This document shows, one piece after another, positions 38,790 to 48,135 of a stretch of DNA of 64,000 nucleotides (its first letter is position 1; each line of letters starts with the position of its first letter). Position numbers and translations under genes: made by a program. Under the pieces are notes generated by a model. That model was not told where the DNA came from. It saw nothing but the letters and a program-made list of their open reading frames with translations, and did not search any database. This DNA is from Blastocatellia bacterium (GTDB taxonomy: Bacteria > Acidobacteriota > Blastocatellia > HR10 > J050), in NCBI GenBank assembly GCA_026985075.1, contig JALSQX010000005.1:21417-85416 (forward strand), in the 5' to 3' direction.

Positions 38790-39938
38790 TTACTCCCCTC
38801 TGAGAACCGCCGCCGGTTCAATAGCCAGAGCGCGCTTGATGGGCGCATAAGCGGCCAGACCACAGATCAGCAGGGCAACGCCCAAAATCCCCGGGATGGT
38901 CTCGGGCCTCGGCGAGATATGTGCGTGGAACAGTCGCTCTCCCACAAGTCGGGAACAGAGGACGCCGCCCAGGTAGCCCAACCATCCTCCGAGGAATGCG
39001 AAGATGAAGGCTTCGCTCAAAAAGAGCGAGAGGATCTCGCCTCGCTGGGCCCCCAGCGCTTTCATCAGTCCAATTTCACGCTGGCGTTCGACGACCACGG
39101 CCATCATCGTCGTCATCACGCCGAGCGCCGAGATGATCAAGATGAGCGTCGTCGAGGCGAGCAACATCCACTCGATCTTGCTCAGAATCCGGCCTTCGGC
39201 GAGGGCGATTCTCCTCAGTGGACGTGCCTCCAGGCCTTCCCACCGACGCTCGATGTCACGCGCCAGCTGTTCAACCTGTTCGAACCGCCCAACAGCATTC
39301 ACAGCAAGAAGTGAGACTTCTCCCTCCTGCCTCAGGGCGTACTGAAGGAGAGGGAGATTGACAAACACCTGTCCGTCTTCGGCCTCACCCGTGGTCACGA
39401 TGCCGGTCACGACGAATTCCTCGTTCCAACGCTCCGCATTCAGGCTGAGCCGAAATCGGTCGCCGACGGCCAGGTGAAACCGTCGCGCGATTTCCGAGCC
39501 AATCATTCCCGAGGCGAGATCATCGGTACGGGCCCACTCTCCCTCTACCTGCCAGTATGGATTCACTCTTTTGATCTCTTCGAACCGCACGCCGGCCACC
39601 ATGACAACGTCAGCGGCCTTGTTTGTTTGCATCATCGCCGGGGTGTAAAGGTAGGAGGCCACTGCCACGATCTCGCCGGTCCGGGACAGCGGCATCAGGT
39701 CCTCGAGTCGAGGCTCGAGCATCGTTTTGTTCGGGCTCTTCGGGATCACGATGAGGTTGGCGCCGTAGGTTCTCAGCTCGCGCTTCATTTTACTCTCGAC
39801 ATCATACGTCAGATTCAGTAGCGTCGCGGCGGCCGTAACCCCAACGCTCAGCGCGACCAGGGCGATGACCACCTTGGACGCCCGACGCGTCAGCGATCTG
39901 AGCAGAATGCGAAAGAAGAGTTTCTGCCTTCTCGTCAT
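38790..39938 (-). CDS. FtsX-family ABC permease (MacB/LolE-like).
   Basis: N-terminal TM, large periplasmic domain, C-terminal FtsX helices. Confidence 0.8.
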   Translation of the reverse strand: MTRRQKLFFRILLRSLTRRASKVVIALVALSVGVTAAATLLNLTYDVESKMKRELRTYGANLIVIPKSPNKTMLEPRLEDLMPLSRTGEIVAVASYLYTPAMMQTNKAADVVMVAGVRFEEIKRVNPYWQVEGEWARTDDLASGMIGSEIARRFHLAVGDRFRLSLNAERWNEEFVVTGIVTTGEAEDGQVFVNLPLLQYALRQEGEVSLLAVNAVGRFEQVEQLARDIERRWEGLEARPLRRIALAEGRILSKIEWMLLASTTLILIISALGVMTTMMAVVVERQREIGLMKALGAQRGEILSLFLSEAFIFAFLGGWLGYLGGVLCSRLVGERLFHAHISPRPETIPGILGVALLICGLAAYAPIKRALAIEPAAVLRGE

Positions 39939-41212
39939 GTGCTCCTCAGAATGTCAACCGGCCGCAAACGAAGCAACATTCGGACCGGAGCGGCGCAGCC
40001 GATGAGGGTGATGAGTTCGGCGGCGATGAGCGAGATGGGAAGGATCAGGAGATTGACGCCAATATGAACGCCGAAGACCGCTTGTCCGATCACCTGAGCG
40101 AGAAAGACGCCAATGGCGCCCCCGATCACCGCCCCGATGAGGCCGATGATGAGAGCCTCGGCCAAAAATAAGCGGACGACCGGGCTATTACCCGATCCAA
40201 TGGCCTTCAGGAGTCCAATCTCGGAGCGGCGTTCGAGCACCATGGTCATCATCGTGCTCATCACCGCCAGAGCGGCGGCCATGAGGGCGAGCGCCACAAT
40301 GATCATCATCATGAGCATCACCTTATTCAGGATGCGCCCTTCGGATTCAGCGACCCGGCGAATCGGCTTCACCTCGGCGGTGGGAAAGATCTCGTTCAGT
40401 TGGAAGGCGATGGAGCTGATAAAGGGCGTGCAATACCAGCTCTCGAATTCCTCAGGCGATAGCTCCCGGGGCGAGCGTCCCAATCGCTCGTAGACCTTAT
40501 CTTCAGGGGTCGTCAAGGCGCTCACCAGGATGCGCTCCACCTGCCCCTGCCGATGCGTGAGCTCCTGCACGATGTCCAGCGTCGTGAACAGCTGATCGTC
40601 CTCGGCTCCTCCAGTGGCTACGATTCCAGCGATCGAGAAGGAAGCCCGTTTCTCTCCGACCTCGATCGTGATCCTTTCTCCCGGGCGAAGCTGAAACGCC
40701 TCGGCCAGCGCGCGCCCCACCATGACCTGTGGTTGCTCGGCATCGTCCGCGATCCACGCGCCGGTGACGTGCCAATATGGCGCCAGGTGCCTCATGCCCG
40801 TCACGACCGTCTCCCCTTGACAGGGCACCGGTCGGCTGAACCATGTGCCCACCAGAGTGACGATTCGGCCGCGAAAGGTCGCCGAGGTAGTCAGAAAGGG
40901 AGTGAAGGCGAGGATATTATTACGCCAGAAAATTGTCTTGATTTTGGGAATGAGGGGTTCGGGCAGGAAAGTCTCTCGCCCCAAGCGACTCACATCTTCG
41001 CCGCCCACTTCCAGGGGGAGCGTCCGGCCCTTGGGAATGATGACCAGATTGGCACCGAAGGCTTTCAACTCGCGATTGATTTTATCGCCGATATCCAGAG
41101 CGATGGTGGTCATGGCCACGGCCACGCTGGTACCTAATACCACCGCTGACGTGGCAATGGCTTTGCGCCGTCGCTGTCGTCGGAATGATTGTGCCACTAT
41201 CCGGAAGAACAT
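39935..41212 (-). CDS. FtsX-family ABC permease (second copy).
   Basis: Same architecture. Start/stop overlaps the neighbouring permease. Confidence 0.8.
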   Translation of the reverse strand: MFFRIVAQSFRRQRRRKAIATSAVVLGTSVAVAMTTIALDIGDKINRELKAFGANLVIIPKGRTLPLEVGGEDVSRLGRETFLPEPLIPKIKTIFWRNNILAFTPFLTTSATFRGRIVTLVGTWFSRPVPCQGETVVTGMRHLAPYWHVTGAWIADDAEQPQVMVGRALAEAFQLRPGERITIEVGEKRASFSIAGIVATGGAEDDQLFTTLDIVQELTHRQGQVERILVSALTTPEDKVYERLGRSPRELSPEEFESWYCTPFISSIAFQLNEIFPTAEVKPIRRVAESEGRILNKVMLMMMIIVALALMAAALAVMSTMMTMVLERRSEIGLLKAIGSGNSPVVRLFLAEALIIGLIGAVIGGAIGVFLAQVIGQAVFGVHIGVNLLILPISLIAAELITLIGCAAPVRMLLRLRPVDILRST

Positions 41213-41247
41213 CTTGAGGCGCCCACTCTTGTGCTGGACACATCACC

Positions 41248-42669
41248 TCAGTGCGCGTATTTTCCTGGATCGCGCCCGAACGCTGCCCTACAGGATGGCA
41301 TGTCGCAGAAATAGTACGTCTCGTCCTGGTACGTCATCCTTGGCCGGGCCTCGGTGATGCGCACCTTCATCCCACATACTGGATCGATGGCCTCCAGCGT
41401 CCCGGTCGGAGTGAACAGCGTCTCGCCCTTTCGTAAGTCGTTGACGGCGATGACCAGCGCGTCACCCTCAACATGTGAGGGAAGAGGAATGGGGTTGCAG
41501 CCGCCCGAGCGTCCGATGGTAGAGGGGTGAATATCGGCCGCGCAGTTCAGACAAACGATCGTCCGTCCCTCTTGCACATATCCATAGTCGCCGCAGATTT
41601 GACAGGCATCGAATGCGGTGCCGATTTTCCCCTCCGGTGTCTTCATGGTGAGAAAGCGAATGGTCACATCGCCAATGCGATATCCCCATCGGTGAAGGGC
41701 GCCATCGTCGATCTCGGCCAGGGGAATCCTCACCCATCCGCCCTCAGATTGAATCAGCACGGGAGGATCAATCGTCCGCGAGCGGTGCGAGTAGGCATAA
41801 TTGACCGTCAGCGTGGTCATGACCAGAACGCCGAGCGCGGCCATGGCCCGTCGCCAGCGCTTCGCCCGGCTCAACTGGGCCATTCGTTTGCGTCGCTCGG
41901 GTCCTCGCAGGGTTGCCAATTCCGCCCATTGTGCCCGCTCCTGACCACTGGGAATGACGGTGAGAATGAGAGGGAGAGCGAGGATCACCAGGATGAACAG
42001 AACGTCATGTTTGACCATTGGTCCGATGAGCGCCATTTCATGGCGCCCGAGTGGAATGAGACCGGCTTCGGCTAACTCGTGGACTCCACCAATCAGGAGT
42101 TGGAACGAGAGGACCATCAGAACGATTCCGGTGACCTTGAAGAAGCGCCCCAGGTCCATGTGTAGGGTTCCCTTGAGCAGTGAGACGGCCAACCCCACGG
42201 CCAGCCCCAGCCCGAGCATCGCGCCGAGGACACTCATCAGGCCTTCCGTAGTCAGATTGATCGCACTGAGAAGGAGAACGGTCTCAACGCCCTCCCGGAA
42301 GACCATGAGAAAAGTAAAGGCAATGAGCCCCAAGGAGTAGCGCGATCGCGCGTCGGTCGCGAGAGCATTGACGCGTTGCTCGATGTGGCCCTTGAGGTGC
42401 CGGGCCGTGCGCCACATCCACACAACCATTGTGCCGACAAAGAAAGCCGCCAGGAGCATAACCACGCCTTCAAACACCTCTTCGTTGACGCGGAGATCGC
42501 CCAATGCCCAGGCGCCGAGTGCGCTCGCCCCCACGGCCAGTCCCAATCCGGTATACACGGATCGACTGAGGTCTTTGCGCCCGACTTTCTGCAGATACGT
42601 CAGGATAATGCCGATGATTAACGCCGCCTCAACACCCTCTCGCAGCGTGATGACCAGTGATTCCAGCAT
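41248..42669 (-). CDS. FTR1 (EfeU-like) iron permease fused to a four-Cys DUF2318-like domain and a C-terminal YHS/TRASH metal-binding domain.
   Basis: Two REGVE(A/T) motifs in the TM helices. CQICGDYGY...CLNCAADI. DPVCGMKV...YYFCDMPSC. The likely start is MLESLVITLREGVEA, although the ORF stays open to 42888. Confidence 0.8.
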   Translation of the reverse strand: MLESLVITLREGVEAALIIGIILTYLQKVGRKDLSRSVYTGLGLAVGASALGAWALGDLRVNEEVFEGVVMLLAAFFVGTMVVWMWRTARHLKGHIEQRVNALATDARSRYSLGLIAFTFLMVFREGVETVLLLSAINLTTEGLMSVLGAMLGLGLAVGLAVSLLKGTLHMDLGRFFKVTGIVLMVLSFQLLIGGVHELAEAGLIPLGRHEMALIGPMVKHDVLFILVILALPLILTVIPSGQERAQWAELATLRGPERRKRMAQLSRAKRWRRAMAALGVLVMTTLTVNYAYSHRSRTIDPPVLIQSEGGWVRIPLAEIDDGALHRWGYRIGDVTIRFLTMKTPEGKIGTAFDACQICGDYGYVQEGRTIVCLNCAADIHPSTIGRSGGCNPIPLPSHVEGDALVIAVNDLRKGETLFTPTGTLEAIDPVCGMKVRITEARPRMTYQDETYYFCDMPSCRAAFGRDPGKYAH

Positions 42670-42670
42670 G

Positions 42671-42685
42671 AGATCATTTTGAAAA
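42671..42685. promoter_or_regulatory. AT-rich palindrome TCATTTT-g-AAAATGA next to the start codon of the FTR1 fusion gene.
   Basis: 7-1-7 inverted repeat, seen directly in the sequence. Confidence 0.4.
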
Positions 42686-42919
42686 TGAATATCAACTTCA
42701 AAGAAGGAGAGACTACCATCGGTCGACCAGAAAGTCAAGGGGGGTCGCCAATGGGCTGTGGTGAATCGCCGATGACGGGCGACCGTTTCGACTCGCCGAG
42801 AGTGAGTGTTTCCAGATTGGTGAAGCCCCTGCCTCGACCGTCGATCAATTTGACAGTGGTGAGGTTCAGACCTATATTTTGCGGGCAATGGCCATTGTCG
42901 GTACGAGGAGAGAGGAGCT

Positions 42920-43513
42920 ATGTCTCATCATGTAACGCGCTCATCCGAGTTTCGCCATCCCCATCTGGACGTGCTCATCGAGGAGGCGACGTTGAAAGCC
43001 CGAATCGCTGAGCTCGGTGCGGCCATCACCCGGGATTTTGCGGGTCGTGTACCCCACCTGATATGTGTGCTGAAGGGAGCCGTGGTGTTTCTGTCCGAAC
43101 TCATGCGCACCATTGATCTTCCCCTGACCATCGATTTCATTGCTGTTTCCAGCTATGGTGATGCGACGCGAACCTCCGGCGAGGTGAGAATCGTCAAGGA
43201 TCTGGATACGAGCCCAGCGGGTCGAGATGTCATCCTGGTGGAAGATATCTTGGATACAGGACTGACGTTAAACTATCTACTCGGTAATTTGCGCGCTCGA
43301 AACGTCCGCTCCGTCTGCGTGGCCGCTTTGTTGAACAAACCGGCACGGCGCCTGGTCGATGTGGAGGTCGCTTACAAGGGCTTCGATATTCCTAATGAAT
43401 TTGTCGTCGGGTTCGGTCTGGATTGTGCCCAGCGATTTCGAAATCTTCCCTATGTGGCGGTGCTGAAACAACCGAGCGAGGTGTGGCCCCGGGGCGCGGT
43501 TATGGGAGAATGA
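42920..43513 (+). CDS. hpt: Hypoxanthine-guanine phosphoribosyltransferase.
   Basis: [18 protein letters not shown]-binding motif. Confidence 0.9.
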   Translation: MSHHVTRSSEFRHPHLDVLIEEATLKARIAELGAAITRDFAGRVPHLICVLKGAVVFLSELMRTIDLPLTIDFIAVSSYGDATRTSGEVRIVKDLDTSPAGRDVILVEDILDTGLTLNYLLGNLRARNVRSVCVAALLNKPARRLVDVEVAYKGFDIPNEFVVGFGLDCAQRFRNLPYVAVLKQPSEVWPRGAVMGE

Positions 43514-44711
43514 TCTGGCGCAGGAAGCTTCGCCCGTGAGACAGCGTGAGACCGAAGTTCTCAGCCACCGTTTGACCGATATCGGCTAAACTCGATCGGG
43601 TTCCCAAGCATGTACCCGCTCGCACGCGCTGCCCGTAGGCGAGGAGGGGCACATATTCCCGCGAGTGATCGGTGGAGGGGGTTGTGGGATCACAACCGTG
43701 ATCGGCGGTGATGAGCAGCAGATCATCGGCATTGAGGCGAGCTTCAATCTCCGGGAGGCGAGCATCGAATTCTTCCAGCGCCCGCGCATAGCCTTCTGGA
43801 TTGTTGCGATGACCATAGAGCATGTCGAAATCCACCAGATTGACGAAAATGAGGCCCGACCCGTTTGAGGTCGTTTCCTCGAGCGCGCGAATGGTTCCAT
43901 CCACCGAGGCCATATTATTACCGGCCGGAATCTCCCGGGTGAATCCTCGGTGGCAGAAGATAGACCCGACCTTCCCCACGCTGATCGTTTGATAGCCGGC
44001 TTCTTTGAGGAGATCCAGGAGCGTCGGATAAGGCGGAGGAATGGCGTAGTCACGCCGAGCTTCGGTTCGCTTGAAATTTCCCGGAGTCCCAATGAATGGG
44101 CGGGCGATGACGCGACCCACTCGGTGCTTTCCGGTGAGCAGGCGGCGGGCGATTTCACAAATGCGATAGAGCTCTTCCAGGGGGATGACCTCCTCATGGG
44201 CGGCGATTTGAAACACACTATCGGCCGACGTGTAGAGAATCGGGTAACCGGTCCGCATATGCTCTTGGCCGAGTTCCTTGATGATCTCCGTGCCCGAGGC
44301 CGGTCGATTCCCCAACACTTTTCGGCCAATGGCCTTCTCGAACGGCTTGACGATCTCATCGGGAAATCCTTGTGGATAGGTAGGAAACGGTTCCTCGGTG
44401 ATGATGCCGGCGATCTCCCAGTGGCCGGTGGTGGTGTCCTTACCTTTGGAGGCGATGGCCGCGCGGCCAAAGGCCCCCGCCGGACGCTCGACCGGGGGGA
44501 GGTTCAAAGGACGAATATTGGCTAATCCATATCGGCGAAGGTGGGGGACGTGGAGGCGGCGAAAAGCGAACAGATGTCCCAGCGTGTCGCTGCCCGCATC
44601 GCCGTACTCGGCGGCATCAGGCATCTCTCCGATGCCCACGCTATCCAGCACGATGAGGACGATCCGGTTGAAGTGACGATGGGAGTGTGTGGCATTGGCT
44701 GGCCAATCCAT
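43500..44711 (-). CDS. deoB: Phosphopentomutase.
   Basis: [31 protein letters not shown]. Confidence 0.9.
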   Translation of the reverse strand: MDWPANATHSHRHFNRIVLIVLDSVGIGEMPDAAEYGDAGSDTLGHLFAFRRLHVPHLRRYGLANIRPLNLPPVERPAGAFGRAAIASKGKDTTTGHWEIAGIITEEPFPTYPQGFPDEIVKPFEKAIGRKVLGNRPASGTEIIKELGQEHMRTGYPILYTSADSVFQIAAHEEVIPLEELYRICEIARRLLTGKHRVGRVIARPFIGTPGNFKRTEARRDYAIPPPYPTLLDLLKEAGYQTISVGKVGSIFCHRGFTREIPAGNNMASVDGTIRALEETTSNGSGLIFVNLVDFDMLYGHRNNPEGYARALEEFDARLPEIEARLNADDLLLITADHGCDPTTPSTDHSREYVPLLAYGQRVRAGTCLGTRSSLADIGQTVAENFGLTLSHGRSFLRQIILP

Positions 44712-44736
44712 GCGGTCGAATCCTCCCAGAGCCGCC

Positions 44737-45471
44737 TCAACTGGCAGATTTGGACTCTGCTTCCACCGTGCCTTTGTAGTAGAGAATGCGGCTGCAGTTA
44801 TCGCAAGTCAGAATTTGTTCCCCTTTGCGCACGTCAGCGTATACCTGTGGTCGCACGGTCATGAAACATGCCGTACAAGAGCCGTCGCGGACTTCGGCCA
44901 AGGCCATTCCATCGCGCAACTGGACCAAACGGTTGTAGATGCTCAGCAGATCGGCGGGGATGGTGTTAGCGAGGTCCTCGCGCTCACGGGTCAACCTCTC
45001 CAGTTCGGCATTCAATGTCTCCAGTTTCGCCGAACAGGCATCGATGCGCACATCGAACTCCTGGCGCTTGGTTTCGATTTCCGGAGTCAAGACGTTGATC
45101 TCCTTCTCCAGGTGTTCGATGAGGTCGAGTTTTTGTAGGACCTCCGTCTCCAAGCTACTGATTTTCTTCTTGGTCGCATCGATCTCTCGCAATACGGTGC
45201 TATACTCGCGCTCATTGCGTACCTGCATCAAATCCTGCTTGTACTTTTCCAACGCCGATTCGGCTGCTTGGAGGTCGAGTTCCAGTTGGCGATGTTCTCT
45301 CTTGGCTGTGTCGAGGCGGCTCTTTTTGTCCAGGTAATCGGCAGCGAAGGTATTGAATTCAGTCTCTATTGCGGCTTTCTGTTTGGGGATGTTGTCGATC
45401 TCCTCTTTGATCTCCTTGATCTTAATGTCGAGTTCCTGTAACGCGATAAGCTTCTGCAATTCTGAGTTCAC
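44737..45471 (-). CDS. COG1579-type coiled-coil protein with a C-terminal C4 zinc ribbon.
   Basis: Long coiled coil, then CTAC...CDNC. Confidence 0.75.
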   Translation of the reverse strand: MNSELQKLIALQELDIKIKEIKEEIDNIPKQKAAIETEFNTFAADYLDKKSRLDTAKREHRQLELDLQAAESALEKYKQDLMQVRNEREYSTVLREIDATKKKISSLETEVLQKLDLIEHLEKEINVLTPEIETKRQEFDVRIDACSAKLETLNAELERLTREREDLANTIPADLLSIYNRLVQLRDGMALAEVRDGSCTACFMTVRPQVYADVRKGEQILTCDNCSRILYYKGTVEAESKSAS

Positions 45472-45698
45472 AGTCAGGTCCTCCGACCAGCGAACATCTC
45501 CTCATCGGTGATGGAGATGTCCAGCACTTTCTCAAAATTCCGTATCTCCAGATGATGAATCCTCACTGTCATTCTCGTTAAAACCTACTTATTTTAACAC
45601 ACCTCATCAGCAATAGAGAAGGCGTCCGTGACATATTTCCTCGCCGTCCGGAGGCGGACTCCTCACGTGAATGTCATGCCTCGGGAATCGGTTGAACT

Positions 45699-46952
45699 CT
45701 AGAGCGCGCGATATCCCGGTCGCGCCCGCACATAGGCCCCAGGGCGGTTCACCCTCACTCGAATTCGGTGATAGCGTCCATCGCCGGCGCTCGTCGGATA
45801 GTATCCGAGGGTGTACTGGTGGCGCAATTCCTCAGCGATCTGTCCGAACACCCGGGGGAGATCTTGCAGCAGATTCGCCTCATAATAGGTCCCGCCCGTT
45901 CGATCGGCCAGGTCCCAGAGATACTGCTCCCCGCGTTGATATTCCATGTCCAGGGGATCATTGGGCCGTGGCTGTGGGCGGCGTCGAGGCATCCGCGGAG
46001 GAGGTGCGGGTGACGGAGCAGGCGTCGGGTAGGGAACCCGGGAGGAGGGCGGCTGGGGAGTCGGATATCTGTCCGGATAGGGCGTCGGGTAGGGATTGGG
46101 CATGGGCCATCGGCGAGGAAGAGGGAATGGTCGGGAAGATGGATCAGGCCAGCGACCCGACGGCGGATTCGGAGGCGCGGGCGCCGGTCTAGGTCGTCGC
46201 TGGGGTCCGGGCGGAGGAAGCGTTCCAATGTTAATTTTCTTGGGGCGACGAAGCCGGCGCCGGACAGCTTCCCGCGTATCGTAGCGGATGGAGTACACCA
46301 GCACGTTGGATTCTTCGAGATGTCGGCGGGTTCCCTCTGCGGTCGCTTCCCGGCTCGCCGTGTCTACTCCGTCGGTGAATAGGATCAAAGCCTTGCGCCC
46401 CGCTATGGGATTCATCCACTGTCGGACGACGGCATCGACGGCGTCAAAAAGACGCGTCGATTCGCCCGATTGTAACTGGGCGAGAGCCCGGGCGAGTCTC
46501 CCTCGGTCAGAGGTGAACTCGCTGATCACTCTCACTTCATCGTCGAACGAGACGATCATGACTTCGTCCCGAGGGTGAAGCTGTCCGATGAACGTCAGCG
46601 CTGCTTGCCGTATTCGCGGGAGTTCTTCTTCGGTACTGCCACTCGTATCGATCAACAGGGCGACATGAAAGGGCTCTTCCGTGTGAGCAAAAAAGGCGAT
46701 GTGCTGCTCGATGCCATCCTCGTAGAGGATGAAATCTTCTTTCTTCAGATCGGGGATGTATTGGTTCTGGCGGTTCCGAACAATGACGGGGACTTCTACG
46801 AGGTCGCCTTGGAGACGAAGGGCCTCATCTTGCCCGCCACCCTCGACGGGACGCTGGGAAAAACTCGTAGGCGCTAGACACGCCATCATGGCCCAGATGG
46901 TAACGGTCGCCATTGCTGAGACGCGCATAACCGATTCCTCCTCGCTGGGCAC
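45699..46952 (-). CDS. VWFA-domain secreted protein (Acidobacterial VWFA-related type) with an extreme Pro-rich linker.
   Basis: LLIDTSGSTEEEL (MIDAS). PxP-repeat segment. Confidence 0.8.
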   Translation of the reverse strand: MPSEEESVMRVSAMATVTIWAMMACLAPTSFSQRPVEGGGQDEALRLQGDLVEVPVIVRNRQNQYIPDLKKEDFILYEDGIEQHIAFFAHTEEPFHVALLIDTSGSTEEELPRIRQAALTFIGQLHPRDEVMIVSFDDEVRVISEFTSDRGRLARALAQLQSGESTRLFDAVDAVVRQWMNPIAGRKALILFTDGVDTASREATAEGTRRHLEESNVLVYSIRYDTREAVRRRLRRPKKINIGTLPPPGPQRRPRPAPAPPNPPSGRWPDPSSRPFPLPRRWPMPNPYPTPYPDRYPTPQPPSSRVPYPTPAPSPAPPPRMPRRRPQPRPNDPLDMEYQRGEQYLWDLADRTGGTYYEANLLQDLPRVFGQIAEELRHQYTLGYYPTSAGDGRYHRIRVRVNRPGAYVRARPGYRAL

Positions 46953-47156
46953 TGAACCCTCATCCGGTCACTGGAAATTATACCTCCCCGCGAGGGAATG
47001 GGCAGCAGACGAGACATTAAATTTCTCTAATGAAGCGCACGGGAGGTCCCGGGTCACCGAATCGCCGAAGAGACAACGAGGGGTATTCACGAGCGCGATT
47101 CCTCGTCCGGGCATTCTATGGAATTGACCGCTTCTCGGGGCAAGAGCCCCTCAGCC

Positions 47157-47699
47157 TCAATCGCCGTCGGCGAGAACGGCCAGTATCCGATCCATCATCG
47201 TGTCTCGATTTTCCACGGTGAGCGAGAAGAGGGCGACATCCAGTCGACTCCGCAATTGATCGAGAAAGGGATCAGGGCGTCGCTGGATAGTGGCGATGAC
47301 GCGCTTGGGACTGGTCAGGGCATCGAGCACGATGCGACGAAATGCGGGCGAGAGCAGTTCCATGGTGGCGATTTCATCCATGACGATGAATATCACACGG
47401 GGATCGGATATCCCACAGCGTATGGCCTGGACTGCGATTCGGTCGATCGCTTCAACATCGACGCCATATTTGCCGACCCGGTAGGGGCTCTCGAGATCGA
47501 CATCGGCCATGATTCCCCTGTCACCCGTTAGGGAGGCAATTTCAAAGCCGGTTCGCCGGCCCCGAGTATCGCGGCGTTCGCGAGTATAAAAACCGGCCGC
47601 TTGGCCCGGCAGCCGGGGAATCAATTTCGTGATCAGCGTCGTCTTCCCCACGCCCGGTTTCCCGGTGATCAGGACATGGGGACGGGGCTTTCCGTCCAT
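47157..47699 (-). CDS. COG1618 / THEP1-like P-loop NTPase.
   Basis: VLITGKPGVGKTTLITKL. Confidence 0.75.
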   Translation of the reverse strand: MDGKPRPHVLITGKPGVGKTTLITKLIPRLPGQAAGFYTRERRDTRGRRTGFEIASLTGDRGIMADVDLESPYRVGKYGVDVEAIDRIAVQAIRCGISDPRVIFIVMDEIATMELLSPAFRRIVLDALTSPKRVIATIQRRPDPFLDQLRSRLDVALFSLTVENRDTMMDRILAVLADGD

Positions 47700-47927
47700 C
47701 GTCAGGATGATAACGAAAAGATATCCCAGGTATCAATCGTCGCTTCCGGGGCGGAGTGACCCGTTCGAAAGGTGGAGGGAGTCATAGGCTCTGAGCCTCC
47801 ACGGCGGAGGAATCTCAGCACTCCCTCGGAATACCAGGGCTGGTGGGTGTGGCGGCGGCGCATCGTTTGGCGGCAAATCGGATCCTGGGAGAGTGGATTT
47901 CAACCCGTCTCACTCATGAAATTGAGG

Positions 47928-47943
47928 TTTTCATCGTTGAAAC
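47928..47943. promoter_or_regulatory. Palindromic upstream motif TTTTCA-N4-TGAAAC, about 120 bp upstream of sigma54 promoter A.
   Basis: Inverted repeat. The same TTTCA-N4-TGAAA motif recurs at 50639-50652. Confidence 0.4.
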
Positions 47944-48054
47944 GGACAGGGCCAAAGTTGGTATGGGAGAAAATCTCCTCAGTTCACGCAAGATGCGCAC
48001 GTTCAGCGAGTTCTGGCTTCGCAGAGATGACCATTCCTCCGCTTCATTGAGGTT

Positions 48055-48070
48055 TGGCACAGGTCTTGCG
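48055..48070 (+). promoter_or_regulatory. Sigma54 promoter TGGCAC-N5-TTGC (TTTGGCACAGgtCTTGCGC).
   Basis: Perfect -24/-12 consensus, about 65 nt before the ATG of the beta-helix gene. Confidence 0.65.
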
Positions 48071-48135
48071 CTCAACTTTGTTCCCTGAGGTAACTCAGGC
48101 AAGAGGGTCAAAACGAACGACATGGGGGTAAGAAA

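Noticed and set aside
42671-42685. Calling the AT-rich palindrome a Fur box or DtxR box.
   Set aside because: Only 4/7 match per half-site to the Fur 7-1-7 core. There is no resemblance to the TWAGGTWAGSCTWACCTWA DtxR/IdeR consensus. I kept it only as an unassigned dyad.
43586-44470. 294-aa minus-strand ORF overlapping deoB.
   Set aside because: Alternate frame of phosphopentomutase. No motifs. Arg/Ser/Pro-rich.
45472-45570. 30-aa minus-strand ORF (MTVRIHHLEIRNFEKVLDISITDEEMFAGRRT) upstream of the COG1579 gene.
   Set aside because: Too short and without an SD. It could be a remnant of a Nif3-like gene often found upstream of COG1579, but there is no evidence.
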